This document shows positions 1 through 10,838 of a stretch of DNA of 32,000 nt, one piece after another. Below the pieces are notes generated by a model, which worked only from the letters and a program-made list of their open reading frames with translations, was not told the origin of the DNA and made no database searches. Source of the stretch: Pasteurella multocida. GTDB taxonomy: Bacteria > Pseudomonadota > Gammaproteobacteria > Enterobacterales > Pasteurellaceae. The translations under genes were made by a program, and so were the position numbers. Each line of letters begins with the position of its first letter. Position 1 is the stretch's first letter. Location: the NCBI RefSeq assembly GCF_900187275.1, contig NZ_LT906458.1:2190001-2222000 (forward strand), written 5' to 3'.

Positions 1-91
1 TTCGATCGCTAATCAATATCAAATTATTGTAGGTCCTAAATGGGTAGAAAAAATTTATAGCGAAATGAAAGCGTTATTAGAAACAGAATAG
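1..91 (+). CDS. 3-prime end of an unidentified upstream gene (partial, C-terminal ~29 codons)
   Basis: The frame starting at position 2 is open from the window edge ([29 protein letters not shown]) and ends at TAG 89-91. It lies directly upstream of the talB RBS. The fragment is too short to identify. Confidence 0.3.
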   Translation, partial: SIANQYQIIVGPKWVEKIYSEMKALLETE

Positions 92-108
92 ATGATAGGG
101 AGAAGAGC

Positions 109-1059
109 ATGACACAATTAGATTCATTACGCAGTATGACGGTTGTTGTCGCAGATACTGGTGATATTGAAGCAATTAAGCAATATCAGCCACAAGATGC
201 AACAACAAATCCTTCTTTGATTTTAAGTGCTTCTGCATTGCCCCAGTATGCGCCATTAATTGATGACGCCATTGCTTATGCGAAAACAAAAAGTGATTGT
301 CCACGCCAGCAATTGGTTGATGCTGAAGATAAACTGGCCGTTAATATCGGCTTAGAAATACTCAAAATTATCCCCGGACGGATTTCTACAGAAGTCGATG
401 CAAGGCTTTCGTATGATACACAAGCGACTATTGAGAAAGCGCGTAAATTGATCAAGCTTTATAATGAAGCGGGAATAGAGAATCATCGGATCCTCATCAA
501 AATTGCTTCAACTTGGCAAGGTATTCGAGCTGCAGAAGTGCTTGAGAAAGAAGGAATTAATTGTAACTTGACGTTGTTATTTTCTGAAGCACAAGCGAGA
601 GCTTGTGCTGAAGCTGGTGTGTATTTAATTTCGCCGTTTGTAGGGCGAATTTTAGATTGGTATAAAGCAAATACGGGCAGACAAGATTATCCGGCTGCGG
701 AAGATCCAGGTGTGATTTCCGTGACTCAAATTTATAATTATTATAAACAACATAATTATAAGACGGTTGTCATGGGCGCAAGTTTCCGAAATGTAGATGA
801 AATTATTGAGTTAGCAGGATGTGATCGTTTGACGATTTCACCTACTTTATTGAGTCATTTACAAGCAAGAGAAGGGGAACTTGTTCGTAAGTTAGCATTC
901 AGCGGCGAGTTAAAAGACAGACCTCAACCTTTAACAGAGAGCGAGTTTTATTGGCAACATAACAGCGATCCAATGGCTGTTGCAAAATTAGCAGAAGGCA
1001 TTTGTAAATTTGCAGAAGATCAAGAAAAACTAGAAAAAATGCTCTTGGAAAGACTATAA
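109..1059 (+). CDS. talB: Transaldolase B
   Basis: 316-aa ORF. The N-terminal [27 protein letters not shown] motif and the overall length are typical of class I transaldolase. A GGGAGAAGAG RBS lies upstream of the ATG. Confidence 0.95.
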   Translation: MTQLDSLRSMTVVVADTGDIEAIKQYQPQDATTNPSLILSASALPQYAPLIDDAIAYAKTKSDCPRQQLVDAEDKLAVNIGLEILKIIPGRISTEVDARLSYDTQATIEKARKLIKLYNEAGIENHRILIKIASTWQGIRAAEVLEKEGINCNLTLLFSEAQARACAEAGVYLISPFVGRILDWYKANTGRQDYPAAEDPGVISVTQIYNYYKQHNYKTVVMGASFRNVDEIIELAGCDRLTISPTLLSHLQAREGELVRKLAFSGELKDRPQPLTESEFYWQHNSDPMAVAKLAEGICKFAEDQEKLEKMLLERL

Positions 1060-1086
1060 CATGTTGAATAAGAGGGAGTAATCACT

Positions 1087-3093
1087 ATGGCAACACGTAG
1101 AGAACTGGCCAATGCCATTCGTTTTTTAAGTATGGATGCAGTGCAAAAAGCAAAATCAGGGCATCCAGGTGCACCGATGGGGATGGCAGATATTGCAGAA
1201 GTCTTATGGCGTGACTTTTTAAAACATAACCCAAGCAATCCACACTGGGCCGATCGCGACCGTTTCATTTTATCCAATGGTCATGGTTCAATGCTGATTT
1301 ACAGTTTATTACATTTAAGTGGTTATGACCTTTCTATTGAAGATTTAAAACAATTCCGTCAATTACATTCCAAAACACCGGGACACCCAGAATATGGTTA
1401 TGCGCCGGGTGTTGAAACCACAACAGGACCATTAGGTCAAGGGATTACGAACGCAGTGGGTTTTGCGATTGCGGAGAAAACCCTTGCCCATCAATTTAAC
1501 CGTCCAGGTCATGAAATTGTTGACCACCACACCTATGTGTTCTTAGGCGATGGTTGTTTAATGGAAGGGATTTCTCATGAAGCTTGTTCTTTAGCGGGTA
1601 CTCTAGGGTTAGGTAAACTAATTGCCTTCTATGACGACAACAATATCTCAATTGATGGTCATGTGGACGGTTGGTTCACTGATGATACGCAAAAACGGTT
1701 TGAGGCCTATGGTTGGCATGTGATTCCTGCGGTAGATGGTCATAATCCAGAACAAATTCTTGAGGCGGTGAAACAAGCCCAAGCGGAGACAACCAAACCA
1801 ACGCTCATTATTTGTAAAACCATTATCGGTTATGGTTCACCGAATAAAGCCAACTCACACGATTGTCATGGTGCTCCATTAGGTGATGATGAAATTGCGG
1901 CAGCACGTGAATTCTTAAAATGGGAGCATGCCCCGTTTGAAATTCCTGCGGAGATTTATGCACAGTGGGATGCGAAAGAAAAAGGTCAAGTTGCTGAAAA
2001 AGCGTGGGAAGAAAAATTGGCAGCTTATGCCAAAGCTTACCCAGAATTAGCGGCGGAATTTACCCGTCGTGTGAATGCGGAGCTACCGGCAAACTGGGCG
2101 GCAGAATCACAAGCCTTTATTGAACATTTACAAGCGAATCCGGCGAGCATTGCCAGCCGTAAAGCGTCACAAAATGCAATTGAAGCCTATGCTAAATTAT
2201 TACCGGAGTTTTTAGGTGGGTCAGCGGATTTAGCCAGCTCAAACTTAACCCTCTGGTCAGGTTCCAAACCAATCCGTGCAGTAGAAAATGCCGATGGTAA
2301 CTACATCAACTACGGTGTGCGTGAGTTTGGTATGTCGGCGATTATGAATGGTATTGCGTTACATGGTGGTTTCATTCCTTATGGTGCCACTTTCTTGATG
2401 TTTATGGAATATGCACACAATGCGGTGCGTATGGCGGCATTAATGAAACAACGTTCATTATTTGTTTACACCCACGACTCTATTGGGCTTGGTGAAGACG
2501 GTCCAACTCACCAACCGGTTGAACAAACGTCTGCTTTACGTTTAATTCCAAATTTGGAAACATGGCGTCCATGTGACCAAGTGGAATCGGCGGTGGCGTG
2601 GAAAGCGGCGGTGGAACGTAAAGAGGGACCTAGTGCGTTAATTTTTACTCGTCAAAATCTTGCGCAAATGGACCGCACTGCTGAGCAGTTAGCCAATGTG
2701 GCACGTGGTGGTTATGTATTACGTCACTGCTGTGAAAACCAAACTTGCCCAGATTTAATCTTGATTGCGACCGGTTCTGAGGTGGAATTGGCGATGAAAG
2801 CAGCGGATGTTTTAGATGCAGAAGGGGTAAAAGTGCGTGTTGTCTCTATGCCGAGCACCAATGTGTTTGATAAACAAGATGCGGCTTACCGTGAAAGCGT
2901 GTTACCAAGCCACATAACAAAACGTGTTGCGATTGAAGCGGGTATTGCGGACTTCTGGTACAAATATGTGGGCTTTGAGGGACGTGTTGTGGGGATGAAC
3001 AGTTTTGGTGAATCCGCACCAGCTGACCAATTGTTCAAACTCTTTGGTTTTACGGTCGAGAATATAGTCGAAAAAGCAAAAGCGATTTTATAA
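1087..3093 (+). CDS. tktA: Transketolase
   Basis: 668-aa ORF carrying the [18 protein letters not shown] and [19 protein letters not shown] thiamine-diphosphate motifs. It sits 27 nt after talB, with a GAGGGAG RBS. Confidence 0.95.
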   Translation: MATRRELANAIRFLSMDAVQKAKSGHPGAPMGMADIAEVLWRDFLKHNPSNPHWADRDRFILSNGHGSMLIYSLLHLSGYDLSIEDLKQFRQLHSKTPGHPEYGYAPGVETTTGPLGQGITNAVGFAIAEKTLAHQFNRPGHEIVDHHTYVFLGDGCLMEGISHEACSLAGTLGLGKLIAFYDDNNISIDGHVDGWFTDDTQKRFEAYGWHVIPAVDGHNPEQILEAVKQAQAETTKPTLIICKTIIGYGSPNKANSHDCHGAPLGDDEIAAAREFLKWEHAPFEIPAEIYAQWDAKEKGQVAEKAWEEKLAAYAKAYPELAAEFTRRVNAELPANWAAESQAFIEHLQANPASIASRKASQNAIEAYAKLLPEFLGGSADLASSNLTLWSGSKPIRAVENADGNYINYGVREFGMSAIMNGIALHGGFIPYGATFLMFMEYAHNAVRMAALMKQRSLFVYTHDSIGLGEDGPTHQPVEQTSALRLIPNLETWRPCDQVESAVAWKAAVERKEGPSALIFTRQNLAQMDRTAEQLANVARGGYVLRHCCENQTCPDLILIATGSEVELAMKAADVLDAEGVKVRVVSMPSTNVFDKQDAAYRESVLPSHITKRVAIEAGIADFWYKYVGFEGRVVGMNSFGESAPADQLFKLFGFTVENIVEKAKAIL

Positions 3094-3115
3094 TTCACAT
3101 TATGTGCTTAAATGA

Positions 3116-3141
3116 AAAGCCACTCGCTGACGAGTGGCTTT
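3116..3141. terminator. Bidirectional rho-independent terminator between the convergent tktA and rpoD genes
   Basis: AAAGCCACTCG (3116-3126), loop CTGA, CGAGTGGCTTT (3131-3141) form a perfect 11-bp stem. On the minus strand the stem is followed by TTTTCATTT. On the plus strand only TTTG follows. Confidence 0.6.
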
Positions 3142-3188
3142 GATTGAATAGACTGGGAATAAATGAGATGCGTTTCTCTTGGTTTCCA

Positions 3189-5057
3189 TTATTCGTCTAA
3201 GAAACTACGTAAAGTTTCAGAACGGCTAGGGTGACGTAATTTACGTAAGGCTTTCGCTTCGATTTGACGAATACGCTCACGTGTGACATCAAATTGTTTA
3301 CCTACTTCTTCTAAAGTATGATCTGTGTTCATATCTATACCAAAGCGCATACGGAGTACTTTCGCTTCACGTGGGGTTAGCCCTTCTAATACTTCGTGTG
3401 TCGCCACTTTCAAGCTTTGTGCTGTGGCAGAGTCTAATGGTAACTCAAGAGTTGAGTCTTCGATAAAATCACCTAAATGTGAATCATCGTCATCACCAAT
3501 AGGCGTTTCCATAGAAATCGGCTCTTTGGCAATTTTCAAGACCTTACGGATTTTATCTTCTGGCATTCCCATACGTTCTGCTAACTCTTCTGGAGATGCC
3601 TCACGCCCCATTTCTTGTAGCATTTGACGTGAAATGCGATTTAATTTATTAATCGTTTCAATCATATGGACAGGGATACGAATCGTTCTTGCTTGGTCTG
3701 CAATAGAGCGTGTGATCGCTTGGCGGATCCACCAAGTCGCATAAGTGGAGAATTTGTAACCACGACGGTATTCAAATTTATCCACTGCTTTCATAAGACC
3801 AATGTTTCCTTCTTGGATTAAGTCTAAGAATTGTAAGCCTCGGTTCGTGTATTTTTTAGCGATAGAAATCACAAGACGTAAGTTGGCTTCCACCATTTCT
3901 TTTTTCGCACGGCGCGCTTTGAGTTCGCCGGCAGAAATCCGTTCACAGACTTCGCGGATTTGCGAAACGGTTAAATTGGTTTGACGTTCAATTTCCAGAA
4001 TATTATCAATGTAATAACGAATTTCTTCTTCATGTTTCGCTAATTTTTCAGACCAAGTTTTGCCTGATGATAGTGCTTTAACTAACCAAGTATCTTTGTT
4101 TTCATGCCCAATAAAGACTTTTTGGAATTGCTCTTTTGGCATTTTGGCCTTATCTACCACAATTTTTTGAATGCTACGCTCTTGTAAACGAACTGATTTC
4201 ATCATATTGCTCATTAAATTGACTAGCGTATCAAATTGTTTTGGCACCAAACGGAATTGGGTAAAGACATCTGCTAAGGCTTGGATTTGATCTTTTGATT
4301 TTTTGCTGGTGCGACCGTGTTTTTCGATCATCGCAACCGCTTTGGCGTGTTGTGTCTTGAGTTCTAGAAACTTCTCACGCGCCACTTCTGGATCGATGGA
4401 ATTGTCTGAATCACTATCGTCTGTCGTGCTTTCTTCTTCGCTTTCTTCTTCCTCTTCCTCTTCTTCATTGAGTGTAGCACTTACAGAATCGCTGTCTTCG
4501 TCTTCATCAAAAGTGTCTTCAATTTCTGCAACATCGCCTTCTGTCATCGCATTTGGATCAACAAAGCCAGTGATTAAGTCAGCTAAACGGACGCCACCTT
4601 CTTCGACTAATGCGTATTGATCAAGTAGATAAGAAATTGCTTCTGGGTAAAAGGCAATCGCACTTTGAACTTCATTAATCCCTTCTTCAATGCGTTTTGC
4701 AATGTCGATTTCGCCTTCGCGGGTAAGTAGTTCAACACTGCCCATTTCACGCATATACATGCGCACAGGATCGGTTGTACGTCCAATTTCTGCTTCAACG
4801 CTTGATAATACTTGCGTCGCTTCTTCAACCGCATCTTCATCAGCAATCGTTTCATTTAACATCAGATCATCAGCATCAGGTGCACTTTCAAGTACTTGAA
4901 TCCCCATGTCATTGATCATCTGAATAATATCTTCAATTTGTTCAGCATCAACAAGTTCTTCTGGCAAGTGGTCATTGACCTCTGCGTAAGTAAGATAACC
5001 TTGTTCTTTGCCTTGTGCGATTAACAATTTCAATTGAGATTGTGGATTTTGATCCAT
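3189..5057 (-). CDS. rpoD: RNA polymerase primary sigma factor sigma-70
   Basis: 622-aa ORF. It has region 2-4 motifs ([32 protein letters not shown], and [30 protein letters not shown]) and an acidic non-conserved linker. Confidence 0.97.
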   Translation of the reverse strand: MDQNPQSQLKLLIAQGKEQGYLTYAEVNDHLPEELVDAEQIEDIIQMINDMGIQVLESAPDADDLMLNETIADEDAVEEATQVLSSVEAEIGRTTDPVRMYMREMGSVELLTREGEIDIAKRIEEGINEVQSAIAFYPEAISYLLDQYALVEEGGVRLADLITGFVDPNAMTEGDVAEIEDTFDEDEDSDSVSATLNEEEEEEEESEEESTTDDSDSDNSIDPEVAREKFLELKTQHAKAVAMIEKHGRTSKKSKDQIQALADVFTQFRLVPKQFDTLVNLMSNMMKSVRLQERSIQKIVVDKAKMPKEQFQKVFIGHENKDTWLVKALSSGKTWSEKLAKHEEEIRYYIDNILEIERQTNLTVSQIREVCERISAGELKARRAKKEMVEANLRLVISIAKKYTNRGLQFLDLIQEGNIGLMKAVDKFEYRRGYKFSTYATWWIRQAITRSIADQARTIRIPVHMIETINKLNRISRQMLQEMGREASPEELAERMGMPEDKIRKVLKIAKEPISMETPIGDDDDSHLGDFIEDSTLELPLDSATAQSLKVATHEVLEGLTPREAKVLRMRFGIDMNTDHTLEEVGKQFDVTRERIRQIEAKALRKLRHPSRSETLRSFLDE

Positions 5058-5106
5058 AATGTAATATCCGCCTTGCTTGAGTAGTTATGAAGATAAAATA
5101 CGCCTG

Positions 5107-5115
5107 ATTTTATCA
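5107..5115 (-). promoter_or_regulatory. Candidate extended -10 promoter element for rpoD in the dnaG-rpoD spacer
   Basis: The minus strand reads TGATAAAAT (TGnTAAAAT) about 50 nt upstream of the rpoD ATG. No good -35 element is present. This is pattern recognition only. Confidence 0.25.
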
Positions 5116-5132
5116 CTGTTATGCTAGATTAA

Positions 5133-6884
5133 CTATGCCTTTTGTTGTTTTTTCACTAATAATTGTGTCAACTTTTTCCGCTCATTCATATTTAGCCCTT
5201 CTGAGCGATCTTTGGCAATCAGTAAATCGATTTCATGTTCAATAAGTTGAAAGTACAAATAGCGTAGCGTGCTTTTGAATGTTTCTTCAATTTGTGTGTC
5301 TTCTACTAAATGATTCCAACTTGCTAAAATTTCAAGGGCTTTGCTGTGTTCAGTATCACGCCAATATTCAAGTATTTGACCGGTAGTAATGCCCACTTTT
5401 TCTTGACAAAGTGCGGTCAGTTTTTCCAATAAATCCAGCCCTGGTTCATTCAGTGTTCGTAAGGGAGATAAGTCTGGTACCAATTGGGCTAATTCTGGAT
5501 TTTGCAATAACAGACCAATTAATACACGCATTGGCGTTCTTTTGACCGGTTGAGGCGAGGCTGTTATTTTCATTTCAGAATAGCTTGGAATCAGACTTTC
5601 CAATTGGGCTTGGTCTAAAATGCCGAGTTTTTGCGCGAGCGTATTGCGTAGAGATAAGCGTAACATATCGCCAGGGATTTTTTTGATTAATGGCACTGCC
5701 AATGCGGCTAATTTTGTTTTCCCTTCTTTACTGGAAAAATCCACTTGTGGCGCGAGGCTAGTGAATAAAAACTCACTCAGCGAGAGGGCTTTTTGCATAT
5801 ATTGTTCAAAGCCGGCTTTTCCATGCTGACGAATAAATGAATCAGGGTCTTCACCATCAGGCAGAAAAACAAATTTTAATTGACGCCCGTCTTCTAAATA
5901 AGGAAGGGCATTTTCAAACGCTCGCCAAGCTGCTTCTCGTCCCGCGCGATCCCCATCATAACAACAAATTGCTTGTTCCGTAGAACGAAACAGGAGTTGA
6001 ATTTGTTCTGCGGTAGTCGCTGTTCCGAGTGAGGCAACGGCATAATCAACACCAAATTGTGCTAATGCCACCACATCCATGTAACCTTCCACAACCAGTA
6101 ACATCTCTGGTGATTCATTGGCTTGTAAGGCTTCATATAAACCATATAGTTCATTTCCTTTATGGTAGGTCGCGCTTTCTGGTGAGTTTAAATATTTAGG
6201 TTTTTCATCACCAAGCACGCGTCCGCCAAACGCAATGGTTCTGCCACGTCGATCGCGAATCGGGAACATGATCCGATGACGGAAGCGATCGTAGATCTTG
6301 CCTTGCTCGCTACGGGAAAGCATACCAAGATCGAAGAGTTTTTGTTGATCTTCTTTCTGTTGCCCAAAACGTTGTAAAACTGCATCAAAACTATTCGGTA
6401 CGAAACCAATTTGAAAACGAGAAATCACCTCAGGAGACAAACCGCGTTGTTGTAAATAACTTTGTGCAGGAATATGTTGTGCGAGTTGTTGTTGATAGAA
6501 TTGGGCAATTTCTTGCATCAATTCATATAAATTACGCTTAGTTTGCAGATTAATTTGTTTGCCATGAAAGTGCGGTTTATTTTCACGCGGAATCTCTAAA
6601 CCGAGCATGCCTGCTAATTCTTCAATGGCTTCGACGAATTCAAGTTTGTCATATTCCATTAAAAACGAGATTGCATTACCGTGTGCACCACAGCCAAAGC
6701 AATGATAAAACTGTTTTTTTTGACTAACCGTAAAAGAAGGCGTCTTTTCGTGATGGAATGGACAGCAAGCTTGGTAATCTCGCCCTGCTTTTTTGAGCTT
6801 CACTCTTGAATTGACAAGCTCCACAATATCTGTCTTGGCTAACAGATCATCAATAAATGTGCGTGGAATTGAGCCTTTCATCAA
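5133..6884 (-). CDS. dnaG: DNA primase
   Basis: 583-aa ORF with the zinc-ribbon CPFHHEKTPSFTVSQKKQFYHCFGCGAHGN and the TOPRIM region (VVEGYMDVVAL, CYDGDRAGREAA). Its position between rpsU and rpoD matches the classical operon. Confidence 0.95.
   Translation of the reverse strand: MMKGSIPRTFIDDLLAKTDIVELVNSRVKLKKAGRDYQACCPFHHEKTPSFTVSQKKQFYHCFGCGAHGNAISFLMEYDKLEFVEAIEELAGMLGLEIPRENKPHFHGKQINLQTKRNLYELMQEIAQFYQQQLAQHIPAQSYLQQRGLSPEVISRFQIGFVPNSFDAVLQRFGQQKEDQQKLFDLGMLSRSEQGKIYDRFRHRIMFPIRDRRGRTIAFGGRVLGDEKPKYLNSPESATYHKGNELYGLYEALQANESPEMLLVVEGYMDVVALAQFGVDYAVASLGTATTAEQIQLLFRSTEQAICCYDGDRAGREAAWRAFENALPYLEDGRQLKFVFLPDGEDPDSFIRQHGKAGFEQYMQKALSLSEFLFTSLAPQVDFSSKEGKTKLAALAVPLIKKIPGDMLRLSLRNTLAQKLGILDQAQLESLIPSYSEMKITASPQPVKRTPMRVLIGLLLQNPELAQLVPDLSPLRTLNEPGLDLLEKLTALCQEKVGITTGQILEYWRDTEHSKALEILASWNHLVEDTQIEETFKSTLRYLYFQLIEHEIDLLIAKDRSEGLNMNERKKLTQLLVKKQQKA
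5409..5417 (+). repeat. Uptake signal sequence (Hin-type USS), inside dnaG
   Basis: Exact AAGTGCGGT 9-mer followed by CAGTTTTT. Confidence 0.85.
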
Positions 6885-6933
6885 GTATATGCCCCTGCTT
6901 TAACATAAAAATATGGCGCGATTGAATGAAACA

Positions 6934-6963
6934 AAACCGTGATACCTATCGGCTTCACGGTTT
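6934..6963 (-). terminator. Internal terminator/attenuator between rpsU and dnaG
   Basis: AAACCGTGA (6934-6942) pairs with TCACGGTTT (6955-6963) around a 12-nt loop. On the minus-strand transcript the stem is followed by TTTTGTTTCATT. The position corresponds to the rpsU-dnaG terminator known in the E. coli MMS operon. Confidence 0.5.
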
Positions 6964-6996
6964 GTATAACTCGAGTTTTTAAATACGTATTTCGTA

Positions 6997-7212
6997 TTAG
7001 TATAAGCGTGTATTACGTGCGTTTTCACGTGCAACACGTTTTGCGTGACGTTTAGCACGAGTCGCGTTTTCACGTTTACGGATTGTAGTTGGTTTTTCGT
7101 AGAACTCACGGCTGCGAACTTCTGCTAAGATACCAGCTTTTTCGCAAGAGCGTTTAAAACGACGTAATGCAACGTCAAATGATTCGTTTTCACGTACTTT
7201 AATTACAGGCAT
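6997..7212 (-). CDS. rpsU: 30S ribosomal protein S21
   Basis: 71-aa [46 protein letters not shown], which is unmistakably S21. A GAGGTG RBS is present. Confidence 0.96.
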
Positions 7213-7298
7213 AAGCCAATCACCTCAATGGAATTAATTTTGCAATTGCTAATTTATTTTACCGTTTGGAATAAACGGCTTATTCAATAAAGGTCGCA

Positions 7299-7327
7299 AT
7301 TTTAATCTACTTTTCACGGAAAAGCAA
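7299..7327 (-). promoter_or_regulatory. Candidate sigma-70 promoter of the rpsU-dnaG-rpoD operon
   Basis: The minus strand reads TTGCTT (7327-7322), a 17-bp spacer, then TAAAAT (7304-7299). This lies about 85 nt upstream of the rpsU ATG. Pattern match only. Confidence 0.3.
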
Positions 7328-7430
7328 AGGGAAGTTTGATCTTTTGTGTAAAAATGCGCTGTCAAACTGGTGAAAGCGTGTTAAACAAGGTAAAATTCTG
7401 CCCCAATAATAATGACAAAGGAAGAGCAAA

Positions 7431-8462
7431 ATGCGCGTGTTAGGCATTGAAACCTCCTGTGATGAAACAGGGGTCGCGATTTATGATGAAGAAAAAGGTT
7501 TAGTGGCAAACCAGTTATACACACAAATTGCCTTACATGCTGATTACGGCGGGGTCGTGCCCGAATTAGCGTCGCGCGATCATATTCGAAAAACCGCTCC
7601 TTTGATCCAAGCGGCGTTAGCACAAGCTAATTTAACGCCCGACGAGATCGATGGGATCGCGTATACCTCTGGTCCAGGCTTAGTCGGTGCATTATTAGTG
7701 GGATCCACTATTGCACGCTCTTTAGCTTATGCTTGGAATGTGCCAGCTATTGGTGTACACCATATGGAAGGGCATTTGCTAGCACCAATGTTGGAAGATA
7801 ATCCACCAACATTCCCTTTTGTTGCGTTATTAGTCTCAGGGGGACACACGCAATTAGTCCGTGTCGATGGCGTAGGACGTTATCAGTTACTGGGTGAATC
7901 GATTGATGATGCGGCAGGCGAAGCCTTTGATAAAACAGCGAAATTATTAGGCTTAGATTATCCGGGTGGTGCTGCGTTGGCGCGTTTGGCGGAAAAAGGT
8001 GATCCTAAACGTTTTAAGTTTCCACGTCCGATGACGGATCGTCCAGGTTTGGATTTTAGTTTCTCCGGTTTAAAAACCTTTGCTGCCAATACACTGCAGC
8101 AAGCGATAAAAGAAGAAGGGGAATTAACCGAACAAACCAAAGCAGATATTGCCTATGCTTTCCAACAAGCTGTGGTTGAAACTTTAGTGATTAAATGCCG
8201 CCGTGCGTTAAAGGAAACGGGATTTAACCGCCTCGTGATTGCGGGGGGGGTAAGCGCAAATAAGCAACTTCGTCAGGATTTAGCACAGTTAATGCAACAG
8301 TTAAAAGGGGAAGTATTTTATCCACAACCACAATTTTGTACCGATAATGGAGCCATGATTGCCTATACTGGTTTTTTACGTTTAAAACAAGGGGAGTCAC
8401 AACCGCTTGCGATTCAGGTAAAACCGCGTTGGGCGATGACTGAGCTTTCTGCGATTGATTAA
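7431..8462 (+). CDS. tsaD: tRNA N6-adenosine threonylcarbamoyltransferase (Gcp/YgjD)
   Basis: 343-aa [22 protein letters not shown]...[10 protein letters not shown], with the Kae1/TsaD metal-binding motifs. It is divergent from rpsU, as in E. coli. Confidence 0.95.
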   Translation: MRVLGIETSCDETGVAIYDEEKGLVANQLYTQIALHADYGGVVPELASRDHIRKTAPLIQAALAQANLTPDEIDGIAYTSGPGLVGALLVGSTIARSLAYAWNVPAIGVHHMEGHLLAPMLEDNPPTFPFVALLVSGGHTQLVRVDGVGRYQLLGESIDDAAGEAFDKTAKLLGLDYPGGAALARLAEKGDPKRFKFPRPMTDRPGLDFSFSGLKTFAANTLQQAIKEEGELTEQTKADIAYAFQQAVVETLVIKCRRALKETGFNRLVIAGGVSANKQLRQDLAQLMQQLKGEVFYPQPQFCTDNGAMIAYTGFLRLKQGESQPLAIQVKPRWAMTELSAID

Positions 8463-8482
8463 TATTTAACAAGGAAATCACC

Positions 8483-8719
8483 ATGAGTGAACAGCTAAAA
8501 ATAAAAGCCATGCGTGCAGCAGGTGTGGGTTGTGTCTTAATGTTAATGATAATTGCCTTAGTGGTGTTTATGCTCCCAACGGGCATATTAATTGATTATT
8601 TAACGCTAGCGGGTTCTTGGGTCGGTGGTGGAACCACTTTTGGTATTTTAATGTTGGCAGCCTTACCCCCTCTAACAGGCGCTATTTTTTATTATTTTTG
8701 GAAATGGGTATTAAAGTAA
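8483..8719 (+). CDS. Small hypothetical inner-membrane protein (78 aa, two predicted TM helices)
   Basis: An AAGGAA RBS sits 7 nt before the ATG. There are two long hydrophobic segments ([24 protein letters not shown] and [21 protein letters not shown]). Its stop codon lies 1 nt before the tdk ATG, which suggests translational coupling. Confidence 0.55.
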   Translation: MSEQLKIKAMRAAGVGCVLMLMIIALVVFMLPTGILIDYLTLAGSWVGGGTTFGILMLAALPPLTGAIFYYFWKWVLK

Positions 8720-8720
8720 G

Positions 8721-9299
8721 ATGGCAAAACTTTATTTTTATTATTCAACGATGAATGCGGGGAAATCCACCACCTTATTACAATCGTCCTATAACTACCA
8801 AGAACGCGACATGAATACCTTAGTCTATACGGCAGCCATTGATGATCGGTTTGGTGTGGGAAAAGTAACCTCACGTATTGGGATTAGCCAAGAGGCACAA
8901 CTGTTTCATAAAGAAAGTGATCTTTTTGTTGAAATTGCACAACATCTTCAACAACAACCTTTACATTGTATTTTAGTCGATGAGGCGCAATTTTTAACCA
9001 AAACACAAGTGTATCAGCTTAGCGAAGTGGTGGATAAATTAAAGATTCCTGTGCTGTGTTACGGTTTACGCACAGATTTCCAAGCAGAATTGTTCGAGGG
9101 AAGTAAGTACCTTTTAGCGTGGGCAGATCAATTAGAAGAGCTCAAAACCATTTGTTATTGCGGACGTAAAGCAAACTTTGTATTACGTTTAAATGACAAA
9201 GGGGAGGTTGTACGTGACGGTGCGCAAATTCAAATCGGTGGGAATGACAGTTATCTGTCGGTTTGTCGTTTACATTACAAAGAGAAGATTGCTCTTTAA
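8721..9299 (+). CDS. tdk: Thymidine kinase
   Basis: 192-aa ORF with the P-loop [10 protein letters not shown], the VDEAQF motif and the C-terminal zinc-binding CYCGRKA...SVCRLHY. Confidence 0.95.
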   Translation: MAKLYFYYSTMNAGKSTTLLQSSYNYQERDMNTLVYTAAIDDRFGVGKVTSRIGISQEAQLFHKESDLFVEIAQHLQQQPLHCILVDEAQFLTKTQVYQLSEVVDKLKIPVLCYGLRTDFQAELFEGSKYLLAWADQLEELKTICYCGRKANFVLRLNDKGEVVRDGAQIQIGGNDSYLSVCRLHYKEKIAL

Positions 9300-9315
9300 G
9301 CGTATTGACGCTGAA

Positions 9316-9324
9316 AAGTGCGGT
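9316..9324 (+). repeat. Uptake signal sequence (Hin-type USS), intergenic tdk-gor
   Basis: Exact AAGTGCGGT followed by CATTTTTAA. Confidence 0.85.
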
Positions 9325-9350
9325 CATTTTTAACGAAGTTTTGTCAGAGA

Positions 9351-9375
9351 AAAGGCGGAAAATCACTCCGCCTTT
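9351..9375. terminator. Bidirectional rho-independent terminator between the convergent tdk and gor genes
   Basis: AAAGGCGGA (9351-9359), a 7-nt loop, then TCCGCCTTT (9367-9375). A T-run follows on the plus strand (CCTTTTGG) and on the minus strand (CCTTTTCTCT). Confidence 0.65.
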
Positions 9376-9386
9376 TGGTGCACTGA

Positions 9387-10742
9387 TTAACGCATCGTCA
9401 CAAATTCTTCTGACCCTGTTGGGTGAATTGCCACGGTATTATCGAAATCTGCTTTAGTGGCGCCCATTTTGATTGCCACAGCAAAACCTTGGATCATTTC
9501 ATCGACACCAAAACCGATACCATGTAAGCCGACGATTTTCTCTTCTTTGCCGACACAAACTAATTTCATGCGACAAGGCTGACGGCGTTGCGTCACGGCA
9601 CTGTACATTGGCGTGAAAGAGGATTTATACACTTTCACATTTTCTTCACCGTATTGCTCAATCGCTTTGGGTTCAGTTAAACCAATGGTGCCGATAGGAG
9701 GGTGGCTGAATACTACGGTTGGCACCAGATTGTAATCTAAATGCTCATTGGGCTTGTTGTTAAATAAACGCTCAGATAAACGACGTCCAGCAGCCACGGC
9801 AACTGGAGTGAGTTCAATTCCCCCTTCAATAATGTCACCCACCGCATAGATACCTTCCACATTGGTGTTTTGGTATTTATCCACTTTAACAAAACCACGT
9901 GCGTTGGTTTCCACTCCGCTTGCTTCAAGGTTAATGGTATCGGTAGCTGGATGGCGACCTATTGCCCAGATCAAACAATCCACCTCTTGGCTACGTCCAT
10001 CTTCGAGTTTAATCGTGAGTGAACCATCCGCATTTTTCACTACTTCTTGGGGGATCGCTTGAGTATGTAATTGAATGCCATCTTGTTGAATCACTTCTAA
10101 TAGGGTATCTACGATTAAGGGATCGAAGTGACGCAATGGGGCGTGTTGACGCACAAATAAATGGGTTTTTACACCAAAGCTATTCATCACACCGGCAAGT
10201 TCAACCGCAATGTAGCCGGCACCGACTACTGCAACACGTTTTGGTAATTCGGATAAGGCAAAGACGCCATCTGAATCAATGCCATATTCTGCGCCAGGAA
10301 TGGCAGGACGACTTGGGCGTCCACCAGTGGCAATCAGAATATGATCGGCGGTAATGTGTTCACCATTGACTTCAACGGTATTGGCATTCACAAATTTTGC
10401 AAAGCCTTGAATAACATCCACATTATTTTTGGCTAACACGTTGTGATAAGAGGTGTGAATGCGGCTAATATAGGCTTGACGACTTTCTACCAGTTTGGCG
10501 AAATCAAATTTATTCACTTGCAGATCAAAACCATAATCTGGCGCATACTGATGAATGGCTTCGGCAATTTGTGCGCCATACCACATGACTTTTTTTGGTA
10601 CACACCCGACATTCACACAGGTGCCCCCTAACGCTTTTGCTTCAATAATGGCACATTTCTTGCCGTAGCTTGCTGCACGGTTAATAGAAGCAATTCCGCC
10701 ACTGCCGCCACCAATCGCCAGATAATCATAATGTTTTGTCAT
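9387..10742 (-). CDS. gor: Glutathione-disulfide reductase
   Basis: It carries the FAD motif [12 protein letters not shown], the redox-active [13 protein letters not shown] and the C-terminal [13 protein letters not shown] prefer the ATG at 10742 (MTKHYDY), which has an AAGGAA RBS, over the ORF-track start at 10760. Confidence 0.93.
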   Translation of the reverse strand: MTKHYDYLAIGGGSGGIASINRAASYGKKCAIIEAKALGGTCVNVGCVPKKVMWYGAQIAEAIHQYAPDYGFDLQVNKFDFAKLVESRQAYISRIHTSYHNVLAKNNVDVIQGFAKFVNANTVEVNGEHITADHILIATGGRPSRPAIPGAEYGIDSDGVFALSELPKRVAVVGAGYIAVELAGVMNSFGVKTHLFVRQHAPLRHFDPLIVDTLLEVIQQDGIQLHTQAIPQEVVKNADGSLTIKLEDGRSQEVDCLIWAIGRHPATDTINLEASGVETNARGFVKVDKYQNTNVEGIYAVGDIIEGGIELTPVAVAAGRRLSERLFNNKPNEHLDYNLVPTVVFSHPPIGTIGLTEPKAIEQYGEENVKVYKSSFTPMYSAVTQRRQPCRMKLVCVGKEEKIVGLHGIGFGVDEMIQGFAVAIKMGATKADFDNTVAIHPTGSEEFVTMR

Positions 10743-10838
10743 TGTCTTGTTCCTTTTCATTCAGGGGAGGATGATAAAAATCTGTACTCTTTTCCAACGC
10801 TACCTATCAAATACACGTTTTATGTTGTCGCTTTTATT

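Noticed and set aside
4303-4620. A 105-aa serine-rich ORF (…[14 protein letters not shown]…) on the plus strand.
   Set aside because: It is the antisense reading of the GAA/GAG-rich acidic linker of rpoD ([20 protein letters not shown]). It has no RBS, and it lies entirely inside a highly conserved essential gene. It is a low-complexity artefact.
6900-7109. A 69-aa minus-strand ORF overlapping rpsU and the rpsU-dnaG spacer.
   Set aside because: It is an alternative frame of the S21 gene and the terminator region. S21 is unambiguous, and this frame has no independent support.
8243-8250. A G8 homopolymer tract inside tsaD, considered as a possible phase-variation switch.
   Set aside because: It encodes the conserved Gly-Gly of IAGGVSAN in an essential tRNA-modification gene, so on/off slippage would be lethal. 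It is more relevant as a hotspot for sequencing error than as a contingency locus.
8224-8586. Antisense or overlapping ORFs of 60-123 aa. Examples are 8224-8586 (-), 17935-18306 (-), 13051-13389 (+), 10019-10354 (+), 12547-12828 (+), 26743-27090 (-) and 30436-30744 (+).
   Set aside because: Each lies wholly or mostly within a confidently identified gene on the opposite strand. Their translations are low-complexity or compositionally odd. None has a convincing RBS.
10743-10760. The longer ORF-track starts for gor ([10 protein letters not shown]...) and rlmJ (MYLKGAIMLSYRH..., 11685-11705).
   Set aside because: The downstream ATGs align with the conserved N-termini ([28 protein letters not shown]) and have better-placed purine-rich RBSs.
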